Shown here: piece after piece, positions 37,467 to 49,715 of the stretch | Layout: every line of letters starts with the position of its first letter | Position numbering within the stretch: the stretch's first letter is position 1 | DNA from: Candidatus Binatia bacterium | GTDB taxonomy: Bacteria > Desulfobacterota > Binatia > UBA9968 > JAJDTQ01 | Length of the DNA stretch: 64,000 bases | Direction: 5' to 3' | NCBI GenBank assembly: GCA_963666515.2 | Contig: OY762897.2 | Span: 3,168,001-3,232,000 of the forward strand | Program-made: the position numbers and the translations under genes | Notes under the pieces: generated by a model | Databases searched by the model: none | Seen by the model: only the letters and a program-made list of their open reading frames with translations | Told to the model about the DNA's origin: nothing

Positions 37467-38483
37467 TCACGCCTCGTTGGTGAGCCGGACGAGGTGCTGG
37501 AGCTTGTCCAACGCCGCCCCCGAATCGATCCGCTCCCGCGCCAGGCTGACGCCCTCGGCCACGGTCGCCGCCCGCTCGCTGACGCACAGCGCCGCGCCGC
37601 TGTTGATCAGCACCACGTCCCGCGCGGGACCCGTTTCTCCCTTGAGGACGGCCGTCACCATGGCGGCGCATTCCGCCGGGTCTGCGGCCGTGAACCGCGC
37701 CGCCGGCTGCTGCTCGAAGCCCAGCTCCTCGGGGTGGAGGGTATAACAGGCAACCGCCCCGTCTTTCCACTCGGCCACCGCGGTGGGGCCGCCGATGGAG
37801 ATCTCGTCGAGGCCCTCGTCGCCGTGGACCACCATGGCCCGCCGGCTGCCGAGGTTGCCGAGCACCTGCGCCACCGTCTCGATGAGCGCGCCGTCGTAGA
37901 TGCCGATCAACTGGTGGGTGGCCCGGGCCGGGTTGGTCAGCGGGCCCAGGAGGTTGAAGATGGTCCGTATGCCCACCTCCCGGCGCGGCGCCGCGGCGTA
38001 CTTCATGGCGCCGTGCAGCGCCGGCGCGAACAGGAAACCGATGCCCGCCTCGCGCAGACAATGTTCCACCGCCGCCTTGGGGACGTCGATCTTGACGCCC
38101 AGGGCGCCCAGGACGTCCGCGCTGCCCGATCCGCTGGAGACCGCCCGGTTGCCGTGCTTGGCCACGGTGACGCCGGCGGCCGCCACCACGAAGGCGACCG
38201 TGGTGGAGATGTTGAACGTGTTCTTGCCGTCGCCCCCGGTGCCGCAGGTGTCCAGGACGCGGCCGTCGCCGGCGTCGACGTGCAGCGCCTTTTCCCGCAT
38301 GACCCGGGCCGCGCCGGTCACTTCCTCCACGGTCTCGCCCTGGATCCGCAAGGCAGTGAGGAACGCTCCCACCTGGATCGGGGTGGCCTCGCCCGTCATC
38401 ACCTGGTTCATGACGTCGACCATCTCCTGCTCGGTGAGGTTGGCGCCGGCCACGAGCCGGGCTATGGCTTGCTGGATGTTCAT
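37467..38483 (-). CDS. trpD: Anthranilate phosphoribosyltransferase
   Basis: DTCGTGGDG, NISTT, AKHGNR, GSADVL, RTIFNLLGPL.NP, GLDEIS. Confidence 0.97.
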   Translation of the reverse strand: MNIQQAIARLVAGANLTEQEMVDVMNQVMTGEATPIQVGAFLTALRIQGETVEEVTGAARVMREKALHVDAGDGRVLDTCGTGGDGKNTFNISTTVAFVVAAAGVTVAKHGNRAVSSGSGSADVLGALGVKIDVPKAAVEHCLREAGIGFLFAPALHGAMKYAAAPRREVGIRTIFNLLGPLTNPARATHQLIGIYDGALIETVAQVLGNLGSRRAMVVHGDEGLDEISIGGPTAVAEWKDGAVACYTLHPEELGFEQQPAARFTAADPAECAAMVTAVLKGETGPARDVVLINSGAALCVSERAATVAEGVSLARERIDSGAALDKLQHLVRLTNEA

Positions 38484-39040
38484 CGGTTCCTCGTGACTTC
38501 GGCGTTCTTGTAGGTGTCCTTGAGCCGTTCAAGGTCCGCTGCGGCCGCCTGGCGGGTCTGATAGGCTCCGACCCGCACCCGGTAGAAGGTCTTCTGGTTG
38601 AGCCGAATGGACGTCACGTAGGCCCGGTAGCCCCGCTTCTTGAGCTCCGCCGCCATGTTGGCCGCGGTGGCGCGGCTTCGGGAAGCGACGACCTGCAAGG
38701 TCCACGGAGCCTTTCCGTCGCCGGCTTTGGCCTGCTTCTGACGGGCGGGCTTCTGCCGGGCGGGCTTCTCCCCGCCGGGCGGCGAAGCCGGCTCCGGTTC
38801 GGTCAGGGTCTCGTAGAACGTAACCTCCCCGTCGGGCTTGGGCTTGCCGGACTTCACCGGGACCTGGACTGCCGATTCCTGGCGGCTCAGGAGCTTTCGC
38901 TCCTCGATGCTCTGTCCGATCAGGATGCCGAGAAAAAAGATGAAGGCCGACGAGGCGACGAAGAGGGACGCAACCGCCAACAACTGGCCGCGGCTGAAAT
39001 ACACGTCGCCGCCATCCGCCGCCTTTCGATGGTTGGCCAT
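38480..39040 (-). CDS. SPOR-domain membrane protein (FtsN/DedD-like)
   Basis: N-terminal TM, VTFYETL, Pro/Lys linker, C-terminal WTLQVVAS...FYRVRVGAY SPOR repeat. Confidence 0.85.
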   Translation of the reverse strand: MANHRKAADGGDVYFSRGQLLAVASLFVASSAFIFFLGILIGQSIEERKLLSRQESAVQVPVKSGKPKPDGEVTFYETLTEPEPASPPGGEKPARQKPARQKQAKAGDGKAPWTLQVVASRSRATAANMAAELKKRGYRAYVTSIRLNQKTFYRVRVGAYQTRQAAAADLERLKDTYKNAEVTRNR

Positions 39041-39055
39041 GGACGGGACGGGGGA

Positions 39056-39484
39056 CTAGCTCCCGGCGGTCGAGGTCGGTTCGCTTGCGGTCTCGTCGGG
39101 TGCGGCCGCCTCGGCCTCCGGTTCACCCACTGCCGGAATCAGCTCGATCACGGAAAGCGGCGCCGCGTCGCCCCGGCGGCGCCCGACCTTGACGATACGG
39201 GTGTAGCCGCCGTTGCGGTCCTTGAAGCGCGGCCCGATCTCGCTGAACAGCCGCGCCACCACGGCCTTGTCCTGAATGAAGGCCAGGGCGCGCCGGCGCG
39301 CGTGCAGGCTGCCGTCCTTGCCGAGCGTGATCAGCCAGTCGGCCCAGCGCCGCAACTCCTTGGCCTTGGCGTCCGTGGTGGTCATGCGGTCGTGGCGCAG
39401 CAGCGACGTGGCCATGTTGCGCAACAGCGCCTGCCGGTGGCTGGGACTACGGTTGAGCTTTCTGCCTTTTTTCAGGTGCCGCAT
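39056..39484 (-). CDS. rplQ: 50S ribosomal protein L17
   Basis: [29 protein letters not shown]. Confidence 0.99.
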   Translation of the reverse strand: MRHLKKGRKLNRSPSHRQALLRNMATSLLRHDRMTTTDAKAKELRRWADWLITLGKDGSLHARRRALAFIQDKAVVARLFSEIGPRFKDRNGGYTRIVKVGRRRGDAAPLSVIELIPAVGEPEAEAAAPDETASEPTSTAGS

Positions 39485-39487
39485 GGC

Positions 39488-40510
39488 CTACGCCGTCTCC
39501 TTCTGATCAGCCTGCTTCCGGCTCTCGAGCTCCTCGCGGCCGGGGAAATGGTCCAGCTTCATGCCCAGCTCCAGCCCCAGCTCGCCGAGCAGCTCCTTGA
39601 TCTCGTTGAGCGATTTGCGCCCGAAGTTCTTGGTCTTGAGCATCTCCTGCTCGGTCTTCTGAACCAGCTCGCCGATGTACTTCAGGTTGGCGTTCTGCAG
39701 GCAGTTCTGCGCCCGTACGGAGAACTCCAGGTCCTCCACCGCGCGGAAGAGGTTCTCGTTGAGCAGCGCGCCTTCGGAGTCGGACTCGCTCTCGGCCGGC
39801 TTCGGCCCCTCCCGGGAGTCGATGAAGATGGCGACCTGGTCCTGGAGGATCTGCGCGGCGTACCCCAGCGCCTCCTCCGGCTTCTCGCTTCCGTCGGTCC
39901 ATACCTCCATGACGAGCCGGTCGTAGTCCGTCCGTTGCCCGACCCGCGCGTTGGTGACCGTGAAATTGACCTTGCGGATGGGAGAGAACACCGCGTCCAT
40001 GAAGATGGTGTCGACGGGCTGGTCCTCTTCCCGGTTCCGTTCCGCGGGCACGTATCCCTGCCCCATCCGCACCACCATGACGGCGTTCAGCCGTCCTTCC
40101 TTGGACAGCGACGCGATGTGATGGTCGGGGTTGAGGATCTCCACCTGCGGCCCCCTGACGATGTCCCCGGCCAGGACGTCCCCGGGGCCGCTGGACTCGA
40201 TCCGAATCACCTCCCGTTCGGAGCCGTGCAGCTTGAGCCGGACCTCCTTCAGGTTGAGGATGATGTCGGTCACGTCCTCGGTGGCGCCCTGGATGGTGGA
40301 GAACTCGTGCAGCGCGCCGTCGATCTGGACCGACGTGATGGCCGCGCCCCTGAGCGACGACAGCAGGATGCGCCGCAGGCTGTTGCCGATGGTCTGGCCG
40401 AACCCCCTCTCGAAGGGCTCTCCCACGAACTTGCCATAGGTCGCGGACAGGCTCTTCTCGTCGACCTCGATGGTTTCGGGCTTGATCAGTTCGCTCCAAT
40501 GCTTGTGCAT
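39488..40510 (-). CDS. rpoA: RNA polymerase alpha subunit
   Basis: [31 protein letters not shown], alpha[13 protein letters not shown]. Confidence 0.99.
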   Translation of the reverse strand: MHKHWSELIKPETIEVDEKSLSATYGKFVGEPFERGFGQTIGNSLRRILLSSLRGAAITSVQIDGALHEFSTIQGATEDVTDIILNLKEVRLKLHGSEREVIRIESSGPGDVLAGDIVRGPQVEILNPDHHIASLSKEGRLNAVMVVRMGQGYVPAERNREEDQPVDTIFMDAVFSPIRKVNFTVTNARVGQRTDYDRLVMEVWTDGSEKPEEALGYAAQILQDQVAIFIDSREGPKPAESESDSEGALLNENLFRAVEDLEFSVRAQNCLQNANLKYIGELVQKTEQEMLKTKNFGRKSLNEIKELLGELGLELGMKLDHFPGREELESRKQADQKETA

Positions 40511-40534
40511 GGGATCTCCAACACGGTTCAGGCG

Positions 40535-41161
40535 CTACTTCGAGTACAGCTCGACGATGAGCTTCTCGTTGATGGGGGTGGTGATGTCGCTGCGGCTCGG
40601 CAGCACCTTCACCGTTCCGGAGCAGTTCTCCGCGTCGACCTCGATCCAGTCGGGCACGCCGCGCCTCTGCGCCCCTTCCAGCGCAGAGACGACCCGTTCC
40701 GACTTGCGGCTCTTCTCCGCCACCGAGACGACGTCGCCCACCCCCACGCGGTACGAGGGAATGGTCACCCGCCGGCCGTTGACCCGGACGTGGCCGTGCC
40801 GCACCAGGAGGCGGGCGTCGCCCCGGGAGCACGCGAACCCGAGCCGGTAGACGACGTTGTCGAGCCGTCTCTCCAGGATCACCAGGAGGTTCTCGCCGGT
40901 GATCCCGCGGGCCTTCTCCGCGGTCTCGAAGCTGCCCCGGAACTGCTTCTCCAGCAGCCCGTACATGCGCTTGACCTTCTGCTTCTCTCTGAGCTGGAGG
41001 CTGTACTCGGAGAACTTGAGGCGCCGCTGGCCGTGTTGACCCGGAGGATAGTTGCGCCGCTCGATGGCGCACTTGTCCGTGTAGCACCGCTCTCCCTTGA
41101 GAAACAGCTTCAGGTTCTCTCGCCGGCAGAGCCGGCACACCGGACCATGATACCTAGCCAC
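40535..41161 (-). CDS. rpsD: 30S ribosomal protein S4
   Basis: [41 protein letters not shown]. Confidence 0.99.
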   Translation of the reverse strand: MARYHGPVCRLCRRENLKLFLKGERCYTDKCAIERRNYPPGQHGQRRLKFSEYSLQLREKQKVKRMYGLLEKQFRGSFETAEKARGITGENLLVILERRLDNVVYRLGFACSRGDARLLVRHGHVRVNGRRVTIPSYRVGVGDVVSVAEKSRKSERVVSALEGAQRRGVPDWIEVDAENCSGTVKVLPSRSDITTPINEKLIVELYSK

Positions 41162-41174
41162 TCACGCTCTCCTC

Positions 41175-41585
41175 TCAGACACGCCTTCGCTTGGGAGGCC
41201 TGCAGCCGTTATGGGGAATGGGCGTCACGTCCTTGATCAGGCTGATGTTCAACCCCGCCGATTGGAGGGACCTCAGCGCCGACTCCCGGGCCGAGCCCGG
41301 CCCCCGCACGTACACCTGTATCGAATGCATGCCGTGGTCCATGGCCTTGCGCGCGACGTTGTCCGCGGCCTGCTGCGCCGCGAAGGGCGTGCCCTTGCGG
41401 GAGCCCTTGAAGCCGATGGCGCCGGCGCTCGACCACGCCACCACGTTGCCCTGGGTGTCGGATATCGTGATGATCGTGTTGTTGAAGGTGGAATGGATGT
41501 GCGCCACCCCTTCGGCGATGTTCTTTCGTCCGCGCCGTTTCCTCGGCGCCCGCGCGTCACGCGCTTTCTTCGCGGCCTGAGCCAT
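41175..41585 (-). CDS. rpsK: 30S ribosomal protein S11
   Basis: [38 protein letters not shown]. Confidence 0.99.
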   Translation of the reverse strand: MAQAAKKARDARAPRKRRGRKNIAEGVAHIHSTFNNTIITISDTQGNVVAWSSAGAIGFKGSRKGTPFAAQQAADNVARKAMDHGMHSIQVYVRGPGSARESALRSLQSAGLNISLIKDVTPIPHNGCRPPKRRRV

Positions 41586-41614
41586 GAACGCTCCTGTTCT
41601 GGTTTACGTCCGCC

Positions 41615-41998
41615 CTACCCCTTCGAGGGCGGCCTCTTCTTTCCGGCTATGGTCCTTCTGGGTCCCATCCGGGTGCGGCCGTTGGTATGGGTGCGCTGTC
41701 CCCTGACGGGCAGCCCGCGGCGGTGCCGGAGGCCCCGATAGGACCCGATGTCCATGTGGCGCTTGATGTCCATGGTGACGTCGCGCCGCAGGTCGCCCTC
41801 CACCTTCACTTCCTGGTCGATGATCCGCCGGATCACGACGACCTGGTCGTCGGAGAGGTCATCGGACTTGAGCTGGAACGGGATTCCGGCCCCCCTCAGG
41901 ATGTTCCGGGACGTGGTCGCGCCGATGCCATAGATGTAGGTCAGAGCAATTTCCATGCTCTTGTTCTTGGGCAAGTCCACCCCAGCAATACGTGCCAT
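41615..41998 (-). CDS. rpsM: 30S ribosomal protein S13
   Basis: [32 protein letters not shown]. Confidence 0.99.
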   Translation of the reverse strand: MARIAGVDLPKNKSMEIALTYIYGIGATTSRNILRGAGIPFQLKSDDLSDDQVVVIRRIIDQEVKVEGDLRRDVTMDIKRHMDIGSYRGLRHRRGLPVRGQRTHTNGRTRMGPRRTIAGKKRPPSKG

Positions 41999-42022
41999 GC
42001 ATCACTCCCTTCGAGTCCGCGC

Positions 42023-42136
42023 CTACCCTTGCCGCTGGGCGTGCTTGCGGGTGACGCAGATGACCCTGACGACTCCCTTCCTGCGAACGACCTTGCACTT
42101 GTTGCAGATCTTCTTGACCGATGCTCGTACTTTCAC
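42023..42136 (-). CDS. rpmJ: 50S ribosomal protein L36 (Zn-ribbon type)
   Basis: Read manually (below the ORF-track cutoff): GTG start, [37 protein letters not shown]. Confidence 0.97.
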   Translation of the reverse strand: MKVRASVKKICNKCKVVRRKGVVRVICVTRKHAQRQG

Positions 42137-42163
42137 TTCCGACCTCGTTGTCTGCGCGGGACG

Positions 42164-42922
42164 CTACAGCCGGCTCAACACGTACGGCCCGTCCGCGGTG
42201 ACGGCGATGGAATGCTCGAAATGGGCCGCGAGACTCCGGTCCCGGGTGACCGCGGTCCAGCCGTCTTCCAGTATCCGTATCTCCCTGCCGCCGGCGTTGA
42301 CCATGGGCTCCACCGCCAGCACCATCCCCGCCCGCAGCCGGCCTCCCTTGCCGGCGTCGCCGTAGTTCGGCACCGGCGGCTCCTCGTGCAGCTTCCTGCC
42401 GATGCCGTGCCCCACGAACTCCCGCACCACCGAGTAGCCGGCGCCCTCCGCGATCTCCTGTATGGCGGCGCCCAGGTCGCCCAGGCGGTTGCCCTCGCGC
42501 AGCATCTCGATGCCCTCGGTCAGGGCGGTCTCCGTCACCTGCATGAGACGCTCCGCCTCGGGACTCACCCGGCCCAGCCCCACCGTCACCGCGGAATCGC
42601 CGTAGAAGCCCTCGTACACCACCCCGAAGTCCATGCCGAGGATGTCTCCTTCCTCCAGCACCCGGGCCGACGGTATCCCGTGCACGATCTCCTCGTTGAC
42701 GGAGGTGCACAGGCTGTGCCTGAAGACCCTGCCGGCAACGGCGTAGCCCTTGAACGCCGGCTTGGCGCCTTTCTCGTAGGTCATCCGCTCCGCCAGCTCG
42801 TCCAGATCCAGGGTCGTCATCCCGGGTCTCACGGTCTCCTTCAGCGTTTCCAGCACCTCCGCGACGATGACGCTGGCGCGCCGCATCGTCTCTATCTCGG
42901 CCCGGGACTTGAGATGAATCAT
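42164..42922 (-). CDS. map: Methionine aminopeptidase type I
   Basis: CTSVNEEIVHGIP, D.G....FYGDSA, GHGIG..LHEEP, AVEPM, AHFEHS. Confidence 0.98.
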   Translation of the reverse strand: MIHLKSRAEIETMRRASVIVAEVLETLKETVRPGMTTLDLDELAERMTYEKGAKPAFKGYAVAGRVFRHSLCTSVNEEIVHGIPSARVLEEGDILGMDFGVVYEGFYGDSAVTVGLGRVSPEAERLMQVTETALTEGIEMLREGNRLGDLGAAIQEIAEGAGYSVVREFVGHGIGRKLHEEPPVPNYGDAGKGGRLRAGMVLAVEPMVNAGGREIRILEDGWTAVTRDRSLAAHFEHSIAVTADGPYVLSRL

Positions 42923-42980
42923 CTGACGATCGCCTCCGTCCGCACCCTCGCTCCGCCGCGCGCCGTCCCTCGCGCGCCCG

Positions 42981-44283
<1,303 letters not shown>

Positions 44284-44291
<8 letters not shown>

Positions 44292-44727
44292 GGGAAAGGA
44301 CTTCTACCCGGCCTCCCGCGGCCTCGATCTTCTCTACGGCGCTGCGGGAAAAGCCGTGGGCCTTCACCGTCAGCGGCTTGGACAGCTCTCCGCGGCCCAG
44401 TATCTTCACCAGGCCCTTGCCCGCCAGCCCCGCCGCCCGCAACGATTCGGGCGAAACCTCCTGGCCCGCGTCGAACCGGTCGAGCCCGTCGAGGTTGACG
44501 GGGGTGAAGCTGGTCCTGAAAGGGTTGTGGAACCCGCGCTTGGGCACGCGCCGCGTGAGCGGCATCTGGCCGCCCTCGAAACCCGGCCTGACGCCGCCGC
44601 CGGAGCGTGAGCCCTGGCCCTTGTGGCCGCGGCCGCAGGTCTTGCCGGTGCCGGAGCCCATGCCCCTGCCCACGCGCTTCTTGGCGTGCCGGGTGCCCTT
44701 CGCCGGGCGTAACTCACGCAGATCCAT
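44284..44727 (-). CDS. rplO: 50S ribosomal protein L15
   Basis: [35 protein letters not shown]. Confidence 0.99.
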
Positions 44728-44766
44728 GAACGGCTCCTTTTCGGTGTCCGGTCGCGACGGGACGCC

Positions 44767-45264
44767 CTATCGAATCTCCGCCAGCGGCTTGCCCCTCAGG
44801 TCCGACACCTCCTCCGGGGACTTGAGGCTCTTGAGGGCCTCGAACGTCGCCTTGACGAGGTTGTGCGGGTTGTTGGAGCCGATGCACTTGCTCAGGACGT
44901 TGGGAATGCCGGCCGCTTCCACCACGGCCCTCACGCCCGCGCCGGCGATGACCCCGGTGCCGGGGGCGGCGGGCTTCAGCAGGACGTGCCCGGCGCCGTA
45001 GCGGCCGGTGACCTCGTAGGGGATGCTGTCGTCCACCAGCGGCACCTTCAGCAGCGTCTTCTTAGCGTGCTCCACGCCCTTGCGGATGGCCTCGGGCACC
45101 TCGTTGGCCTTGCCCAGGCCGTAGCCGACCACGGAGGCCTCGTCGCCCACCACCACCAGCGCGTTGAAACTGAACCGCCGTCCACCCTTGACCACCTTGG
45201 CCACGCGGCTGATGTGGATGACCTTCTCCTTGAGCTCCAGGCCCTGCGAATCGACTCGTTCCAA
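44767..45264 (-). CDS. rpsE: 30S ribosomal protein S5
   Basis: [35 protein letters not shown]; TTG start. Confidence 0.99.
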   Translation of the reverse strand: MERVDSQGLELKEKVIHISRVAKVVKGGRRFSFNALVVVGDEASVVGYGLGKANEVPEAIRKGVEHAKKTLLKVPLVDDSIPYEVTGRYGAGHVLLKPAAPGTGVIAGAGVRAVVEAAGIPNVLSKCIGSNNPHNLVKATFEALKSLKSPEEVSDLRGKPLAEIR

Positions 45265-45277
45265 GACAACCCCCGAA

Positions 45278-45631
45278 TCAGAAGACGAGACCGGCCTCCC
45301 GGGCAGCCTCCGCCAGCGCCTTTACCCGTCCATGAAAAAGAAACCCGTTGCGGTCGAACACGACCTGGGAGATCTGCTGCGCCCCGCACAACTCCGCGAT
45401 TCGCCGGCCCACCTGTTTGGCCGCCTCGACTCCCTTGCTCTCCTCGTCCCCTTTCGACAGCGTGGAGGCGCTCGCCAGCGTCACCCCGCGCTCGTCGGAA
45501 ATGACCTGCGCGTAGATGTGCTTCGAGCTGCGGTACACGCACAGCCGGGGACACGCGTCGCTTCCCGTGATGCGCTTCCGCACGCTTCGCTGCCGCCGCT
45601 TGCGGCTCAGGAGCTTCTTGCTCGTCAACAT
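45278..45631 (-). CDS. rplR: 50S ribosomal protein L18
   Basis: [38 protein letters not shown]; ATG 45631 (alternative TTG 45652). Confidence 0.97.
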   Translation of the reverse strand: MLTSKKLLSRKRRQRSVRKRITGSDACPRLCVYRSSKHIYAQVISDERGVTLASASTLSKGDEESKGVEAAKQVGRRIAELCGAQQISQVVFDRNGFLFHGRVKALAEAAREAGLVF

Positions 45632-45653
45632 GTTCTCACCCGATCCCGCCAAC

Positions 45654-46202
45654 TCAACCGGCCGCGCCGCCCATGGCCTTGCCCGCCTTCCGCTGCACCA
45701 GCTCGCCCTGATACCGTATCCCCTTGCCCTTGTAGGGCTCGGGAGGACGGAAACGCCGCACCTCGGCCGCGGCCTGGCCGAGCACCTGCTTGTCGTGGCA
45801 CTCGAGGGTGATCACGGTCTGCCGTTCCACCGAAGCCGACACGCCCGCGGGCAGCGGGAACACCACCGGATGCGAGTATCCCAGCGTCAGGTGCAGCGCC
45901 TGGTCCTTCAACTCCGCGCGGTAGCCGACGCCGTTGATCTCCAGCACCTTCCGGAACCCCTCGCTGACGCCTTCGACCATGTTTGCCAGGAGCTTGCGGG
46001 TAAGCCCGTGCAGCGACTTCAGCGCCTTGGACTCGTCCTTCCGGCGGACCTGGAGCCTGTCGCCGTCCACGTCCACCTCGATACCTTGCGGGATGTGGTG
46101 GGACAGCGTCCCCTTGGGGCCCTGGACCCGCACTTCCGAGCCCTCGAACGCCACCTTGACGCTTCCGGGCACGACGATCGGCAGTTTCCCTACACGCGAC
46201 AC
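45654..46202 (-). CDS. rplF: 50S ribosomal protein L6
   Basis: [31 protein letters not shown]. Confidence 0.99.
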   Translation of the reverse strand: MSRVGKLPIVVPGSVKVAFEGSEVRVQGPKGTLSHHIPQGIEVDVDGDRLQVRRKDESKALKSLHGLTRKLLANMVEGVSEGFRKVLEINGVGYRAELKDQALHLTLGYSHPVVFPLPAGVSASVERQTVITLECHDKQVLGQAAAEVRRFRPPEPYKGKGIRYQGELVQRKAGKAMGGAAG

Positions 46203-46212
46203 GAGACACCCT

Positions 46213-46617
46213 CTAGCTGATCGAACAGAGCAACTCGCCGCCGACCCTGGCCTTGACCGCCTCCCGGTCCACGACGATCCCCTTGGGGGTGGACAGGACG
46301 TGGGTTCCCAGCCCCCGGCGCACCGGATGGATGTCCTTGTAGCCGAGGTACACCCGCCGCCCCGGGCGGCTGACCCGCTTCAGCTCGGTCATCACCGGCC
46401 GGTGGTCCCGGTCGTACTTCAGGTAGATCCGGAGCGTGTCCTGCACCTGGCCGTCGACCTGGATGCGCCGGATCTGCCGCACGTACCCCTCTTCCACCAG
46501 GACCTTCATGATGCTTTCCTTCAGGCGGGACCACGGGACGTCCACGGTTTCGTGCTTCGCCATCCCGCCGTTCCGCATCCGCGTCAGCAAGTCCGCGATT
46601 GGATCGGTCATACTCAT
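46213..46617 (-). CDS. rpsH: 30S ribosomal protein S8
   Basis: TDPIADLLTRMRN, SRPGRRVY, STPKG, GGELLC. Confidence 0.99.
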   Translation of the reverse strand: MSMTDPIADLLTRMRNGGMAKHETVDVPWSRLKESIMKVLVEEGYVRQIRRIQVDGQVQDTLRIYLKYDRDHRPVMTELKRVSRPGRRVYLGYKDIHPVRRGLGTHVLSTPKGIVVDREAVKARVGGELLCSIS

Positions 46618-46632
46618 TCGAGACTGCGCCTC

Positions 46633-46818
46633 CTACCAGCTTGCCTTGATGAGCCCGGGGATCTCTCCCCGGCGCGCGTGCAGCCGCAGGCAGATCCTGC
46701 ACATCCGAAACCGCCGGTAGAACGCCCGCGCCCTGCCGCAAAGCGGACAGCGGTTGTACTGGCGCACCTTGAATTTCGGCGTTCTTTCCGCCTTGATGCG
46801 GAGACACTTCTTAGCCAC
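46633..46818 (-). CDS. rpsN: 30S ribosomal protein S14, type Z (Zn-binding)
   Basis: GTG start 46818; AKK..., YNRCPLCGR...MCRIC, GEIPGL.KASW; 61 aa. Confidence 0.97.
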   Translation of the reverse strand: MAKKCLRIKAERTPKFKVRQYNRCPLCGRARAFYRRFRMCRICLRLHARRGEIPGLIKASW

Positions 46819-47371
46819 TTGTCGTACCCCCGTCGCTGGCGAACGGCATTCCCAGGTGCTTGAGCAGGGCCCTGCCCTCATCATCGGTGCGCGCGGTGGT
46901 GACGATGGAAACCGTCAGCCCGTGAAGCCGTTCCACCGACTCCGCCCTCACCTCGGGAAAGATGATCTGCTCGCGGATCCCCAGCGAATAGTTGCCGCAG
47001 CCGTCGAAAGACCGGTCCGAGATGCCCTTGAAGTCCCTCACCTGGGGAAGGGCCACCTGTATCAGGCGATCGAGGAACTCGTACATCCGCGCGCGCCGCA
47101 GCGTCACCATGCACCCGATGGGATTGCCGCGGCGGAGCTTGAAGTTCGAGATGTCCTTGCGCGCCCGGGTGACCACCGGCCGCTGGCCGCTGACGGCGCC
47201 CAGCTCGGCCACCGCGGCGTCCAGCAGCTTGGCGTTCTGCACCGCCTCGCCGATGCAGACGTTGATGGAGACGTTCCTCAACCGCGGCACCTGGAGCTTG
47301 TTGCGATAGGCGAACTGCTCCATCATCGCGGGCACGATCGCCTCATGGTATCTCTGTTCCAGCCTGACCAT
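46811..47371 (-). CDS. rplE: 50S ribosomal protein L5
   Basis: SGQRP, FKLRRG.PIG..VTLR, RDFKG, FDG.GNYSLG..EQIIFPE. Confidence 0.99.
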   Translation of the reverse strand: MVRLEQRYHEAIVPAMMEQFAYRNKLQVPRLRNVSINVCIGEAVQNAKLLDAAVAELGAVSGQRPVVTRARKDISNFKLRRGNPIGCMVTLRRARMYEFLDRLIQVALPQVRDFKGISDRSFDGCGNYSLGIREQIIFPEVRAESVERLHGLTVSIVTTARTDDEGRALLKHLGMPFASDGGTTSG

Positions 47372-47397
47372 CGTTACACTTCACTCCTGCCGGGACG

Positions 47398-47709
47398 CTA
47401 TCCTATCCCCTGGCCGCAACGCCGGCAGACGCGCACCTTCTGCCCGTCTTCGAGGGTCTTGTGTCCGATCCGGACCGGGGCGTTGCACGGATCGCACATG
47501 ATCATCACGTTGGAGACGTGGATCGAAGCCTCCTTCTCCACGATGCCGCCGGGCTGCTGCGCGCTGCGGGGCTTGGTGTGGCGCTTGACGAGGTTCACCC
47601 GCTCGATGAGCACCCGGCTCTTCTTCGGCAGCACCTTGATGACCTTGCCGGTCTTCCCGCGTTCCTTGCCGGCCACCACCATCACGTTGTCATCTTTGCG
47701 GACGAACAC
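47398..47709 (-). CDS. rplX: 50S ribosomal protein L24
   Basis: GTG at 47709 overlapping the rplN stop; RKDDNVMVVAGKERGK.GKV, GGIVEKEASIHVSNV. Confidence 0.97.
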   Translation of the reverse strand: MFVRKDDNVMVVAGKERGKTGKVIKVLPKKSRVLIERVNLVKRHTKPRSAQQPGGIVEKEASIHVSNVMIMCDPCNAPVRIGHKTLEDGQKVRVCRRCGQGIG

Positions 47710-48077
47710 TACAGCACCTCCGGCGCCAGCGAGACGATCTTCATGAACCGCTTCGCCCTCAGCTCTCTCGCCACCGGACCGAAGATGCGCGTGCCCACGG
47801 GCTCCTTCTGGTTGTCGATCAGGACCGCCGAGTTGTTGTCGAAGCGGATGTACGAGCCGTCCACCCGGCTCAACTCCTTGGCGGTGCGCACCACCACGGC
47901 CCGGACCACGTTGCCCTTGGGCACCTTGGAATTGGGCATGGCCTCCTTGACCGACACGACGATGACGTCGCCGATGCTGGCGTACTTGCGCCGGGTCCCC
48001 CCGAGCACCTTGATGCACTGGACCCGCCTGGCGCCCGAGTTGTCCGCCACGTCCAGTACCGTCCCCACCTGAATCAT
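47709..48077 (-). CDS. rplN: 50S ribosomal protein L14
   Basis: MIQ....[26 protein letters not shown]. Confidence 0.99.
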   Translation of the reverse strand: MIQVGTVLDVADNSGARRVQCIKVLGGTRRKYASIGDVIVVSVKEAMPNSKVPKGNVVRAVVVRTAKELSRVDGSYIRFDNNSAVLIDNQKEPVGTRIFGPVARELRAKRFMKIVSLAPEVL

Positions 48078-48081
48078 CGGA

Positions 48082-48390
48082 CTAGACCCCTGTGCCTTCC
48101 GGCGCCGCCGGAGCCTGCGAAGCCGCCGCCTCGCCGCCCGGACGGTTCAGTATCCGGCTCACGCGCCACCGTTTCTGACGGCTCAGCGGCCGGCACTCGA
48201 CGATGACCACACGGTCTCCCACCCGGCACTGGTTGCGCTCGTCGTGAGCCTTCACCTTGGTCCGGCGCCGGATGTATTTCTTGTAACGCGCGTGAAGGAT
48301 GATCCGCTCCAGCTCGACGATGACGGTCTTGGCCATCCGATTGGTCCTGACCACGCCTTCACGTTGCTTCGTGACCCCGCGCTCACTCAT
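48082..48390 (-). CDS. rpsQ: 30S ribosomal protein S17
   Basis: MAKTV, H.RYKK, AHDE.N, GD.V.I.ECRPLS..KRW. Confidence 0.98.
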   Translation of the reverse strand: MSERGVTKQREGVVRTNRMAKTVIVELERIILHARYKKYIRRRTKVKAHDERNQCRVGDRVVIVECRPLSRQKRWRVSRILNRPGGEAAASQAPAAPEGTGV

Positions 48391-48604
48391 GGTCGCCTTC
48401 TCGTTTTCCTGCCGCGGCGCGGCGCTGCTCGCCCAGGACCGTCTCCACCCGCGCCAGGTCGCGCCGCGACTGACGCAGTTTCATGGGGCTCTCGAGCTGC
48501 CCGGTGGCGCGGCGCAGGGTCAGATGAAAGAGCTGCTCCTTGAACTCCGTGCGCTTCTGCCGCAGCTCGTCCGCGCTCAGGTCTCGCAGTTCCTTTGCAC
48601 GCAT
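48383..48604 (-). CDS. rpmC: 50S ribosomal protein L29
   Basis: AKELR..S..EL, LF.L, GQLE.P, RRDLARV.T. Confidence 0.97.
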   Translation of the reverse strand: MRAKELRDLSADELRQKRTEFKEQLFHLTLRRATGQLESPMKLRQSRRDLARVETVLGEQRRAAAGKREGDHE

Positions 48605-48617
48605 CGAAAACCCCCGC

Positions 48618-49022
48618 CTACCGCTCCACGAACACGGTGGCCAGACCCAGCTTGCGCGAGGCGAGGCGGAACGCCTCCCTGGCCGCGTCCCGCTGAACCC
48701 CTTCCATCTCGAACAGGAGCTTGCCCGGCTTGATCACCGCCACCCAGGCATGGAGAGGACCCTTGCCCTTGCCCATGCGGACCTCGGCCGGCTTCTTGGT
48801 GATGGGCTTGTCCGGGAAGACCCGTATCCAGACCTTGCCGTGCCGCTTCAGGTAGCGGGTCAGCGCGATCCGGGCGGCCTCGATCTGACGCGCCGTCAAG
48901 TAACCCCGGTCCACCGACTTCAGCCCGTAGTCGCCGAAGGAGAGGCTGGAGCCCCGTCCGGCGAACCCGCCCCGGCGGCCCTTCTGAATCTTGCGGTACT
49001 TGACTTTTCTCGGTTCAAGCAT
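48618..49022 (-). CDS. rplP: 50S ribosomal protein L16
   Basis: [43 protein letters not shown]. Confidence 0.99.
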   Translation of the reverse strand: MLEPRKVKYRKIQKGRRGGFAGRGSSLSFGDYGLKSVDRGYLTARQIEAARIALTRYLKRHGKVWIRVFPDKPITKKPAEVRMGKGKGPLHAWVAVIKPGKLLFEMEGVQRDAAREAFRLASRKLGLATVFVER

Positions 49023-49050
49023 GATTGCACCCGGCTAAGGCATCGCCTCC

Positions 49051-49713
49051 CTACAGTCCCAGGGACGCCTTCTGCTGCTCTTCCTGCTTCGTCAGGATCT
49101 CGCCCCGGAAGATCCACGCCTTGACGCCGATGACGCCGTAGGTGGTCTTGGCTTCCGCCAGACCGTAGCTCACGTCGGCGCGCAGGGTATGCAGCGGCAC
49201 CCGTCCTTCCCGGTACCACTCCGTGCGCGCGATCTCCTGGCCGCCGAGCCGGCCGCCGCACTGGATGCGGATCCCCTGGGCGCCCATGCGCAACGCGCGG
49301 GAAACGCTCTCCTTCATGGCCCGGCGGAAGGCCACGCGGCGCTCCAGTTGAAGGGCCACGTTCTCCGCCACCAGTTGCGCGTCCAGGTCGGGCCTTCTCA
49401 CCTCGTGGATGTTGATGAAGACCTCCCGCGACGACAGCTTCCCCAGCTCTTCCTTGAGCTTCTCGATCTCCGCGCCCTTCTTGCCGATGACGATGCCCGG
49501 ACGAGCCGTGTGGATGTTGATCTTGGCCTTGCCGGTGGCCCGCTCGATCTCGATCTTCGATATGCCGGCGTGGTGGAGCCGTCCCTTGAGGAAGCCCTTG
49601 ATCCTGAGGTCCTCGTGCAGCAGCTCGGGGTAGTCGTTTCCCGCGTACCACTTCGAGTCCCACGACTCGATGACGCGCATGCGGAAGACCTTGGGGTGCG
49701 TTTTCTGTCCCAT
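49051..49713 (-). CDS. rpsC: 30S ribosomal protein S3
   Basis: [40 protein letters not shown]. Confidence 0.99.
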   Translation of the reverse strand: MGQKTHPKVFRMRVIESWDSKWYAGNDYPELLHEDLRIKGFLKGRLHHAGISKIEIERATGKAKINIHTARPGIVIGKKGAEIEKLKEELGKLSSREVFINIHEVRRPDLDAQLVAENVALQLERRVAFRRAMKESVSRALRMGAQGIRIQCGGRLGGQEIARTEWYREGRVPLHTLRADVSYGLAEAKTTYGVIGVKAWIFRGEILTKQEEQQKASLGL

Positions 49714-49715
49714 CC

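Noticed and set aside
38734-38768. 15-bp tandem duplication (KPARQKPARQK) in the SPOR protein
   Set aside because: Ordinary in-frame expansion of a disordered linker.
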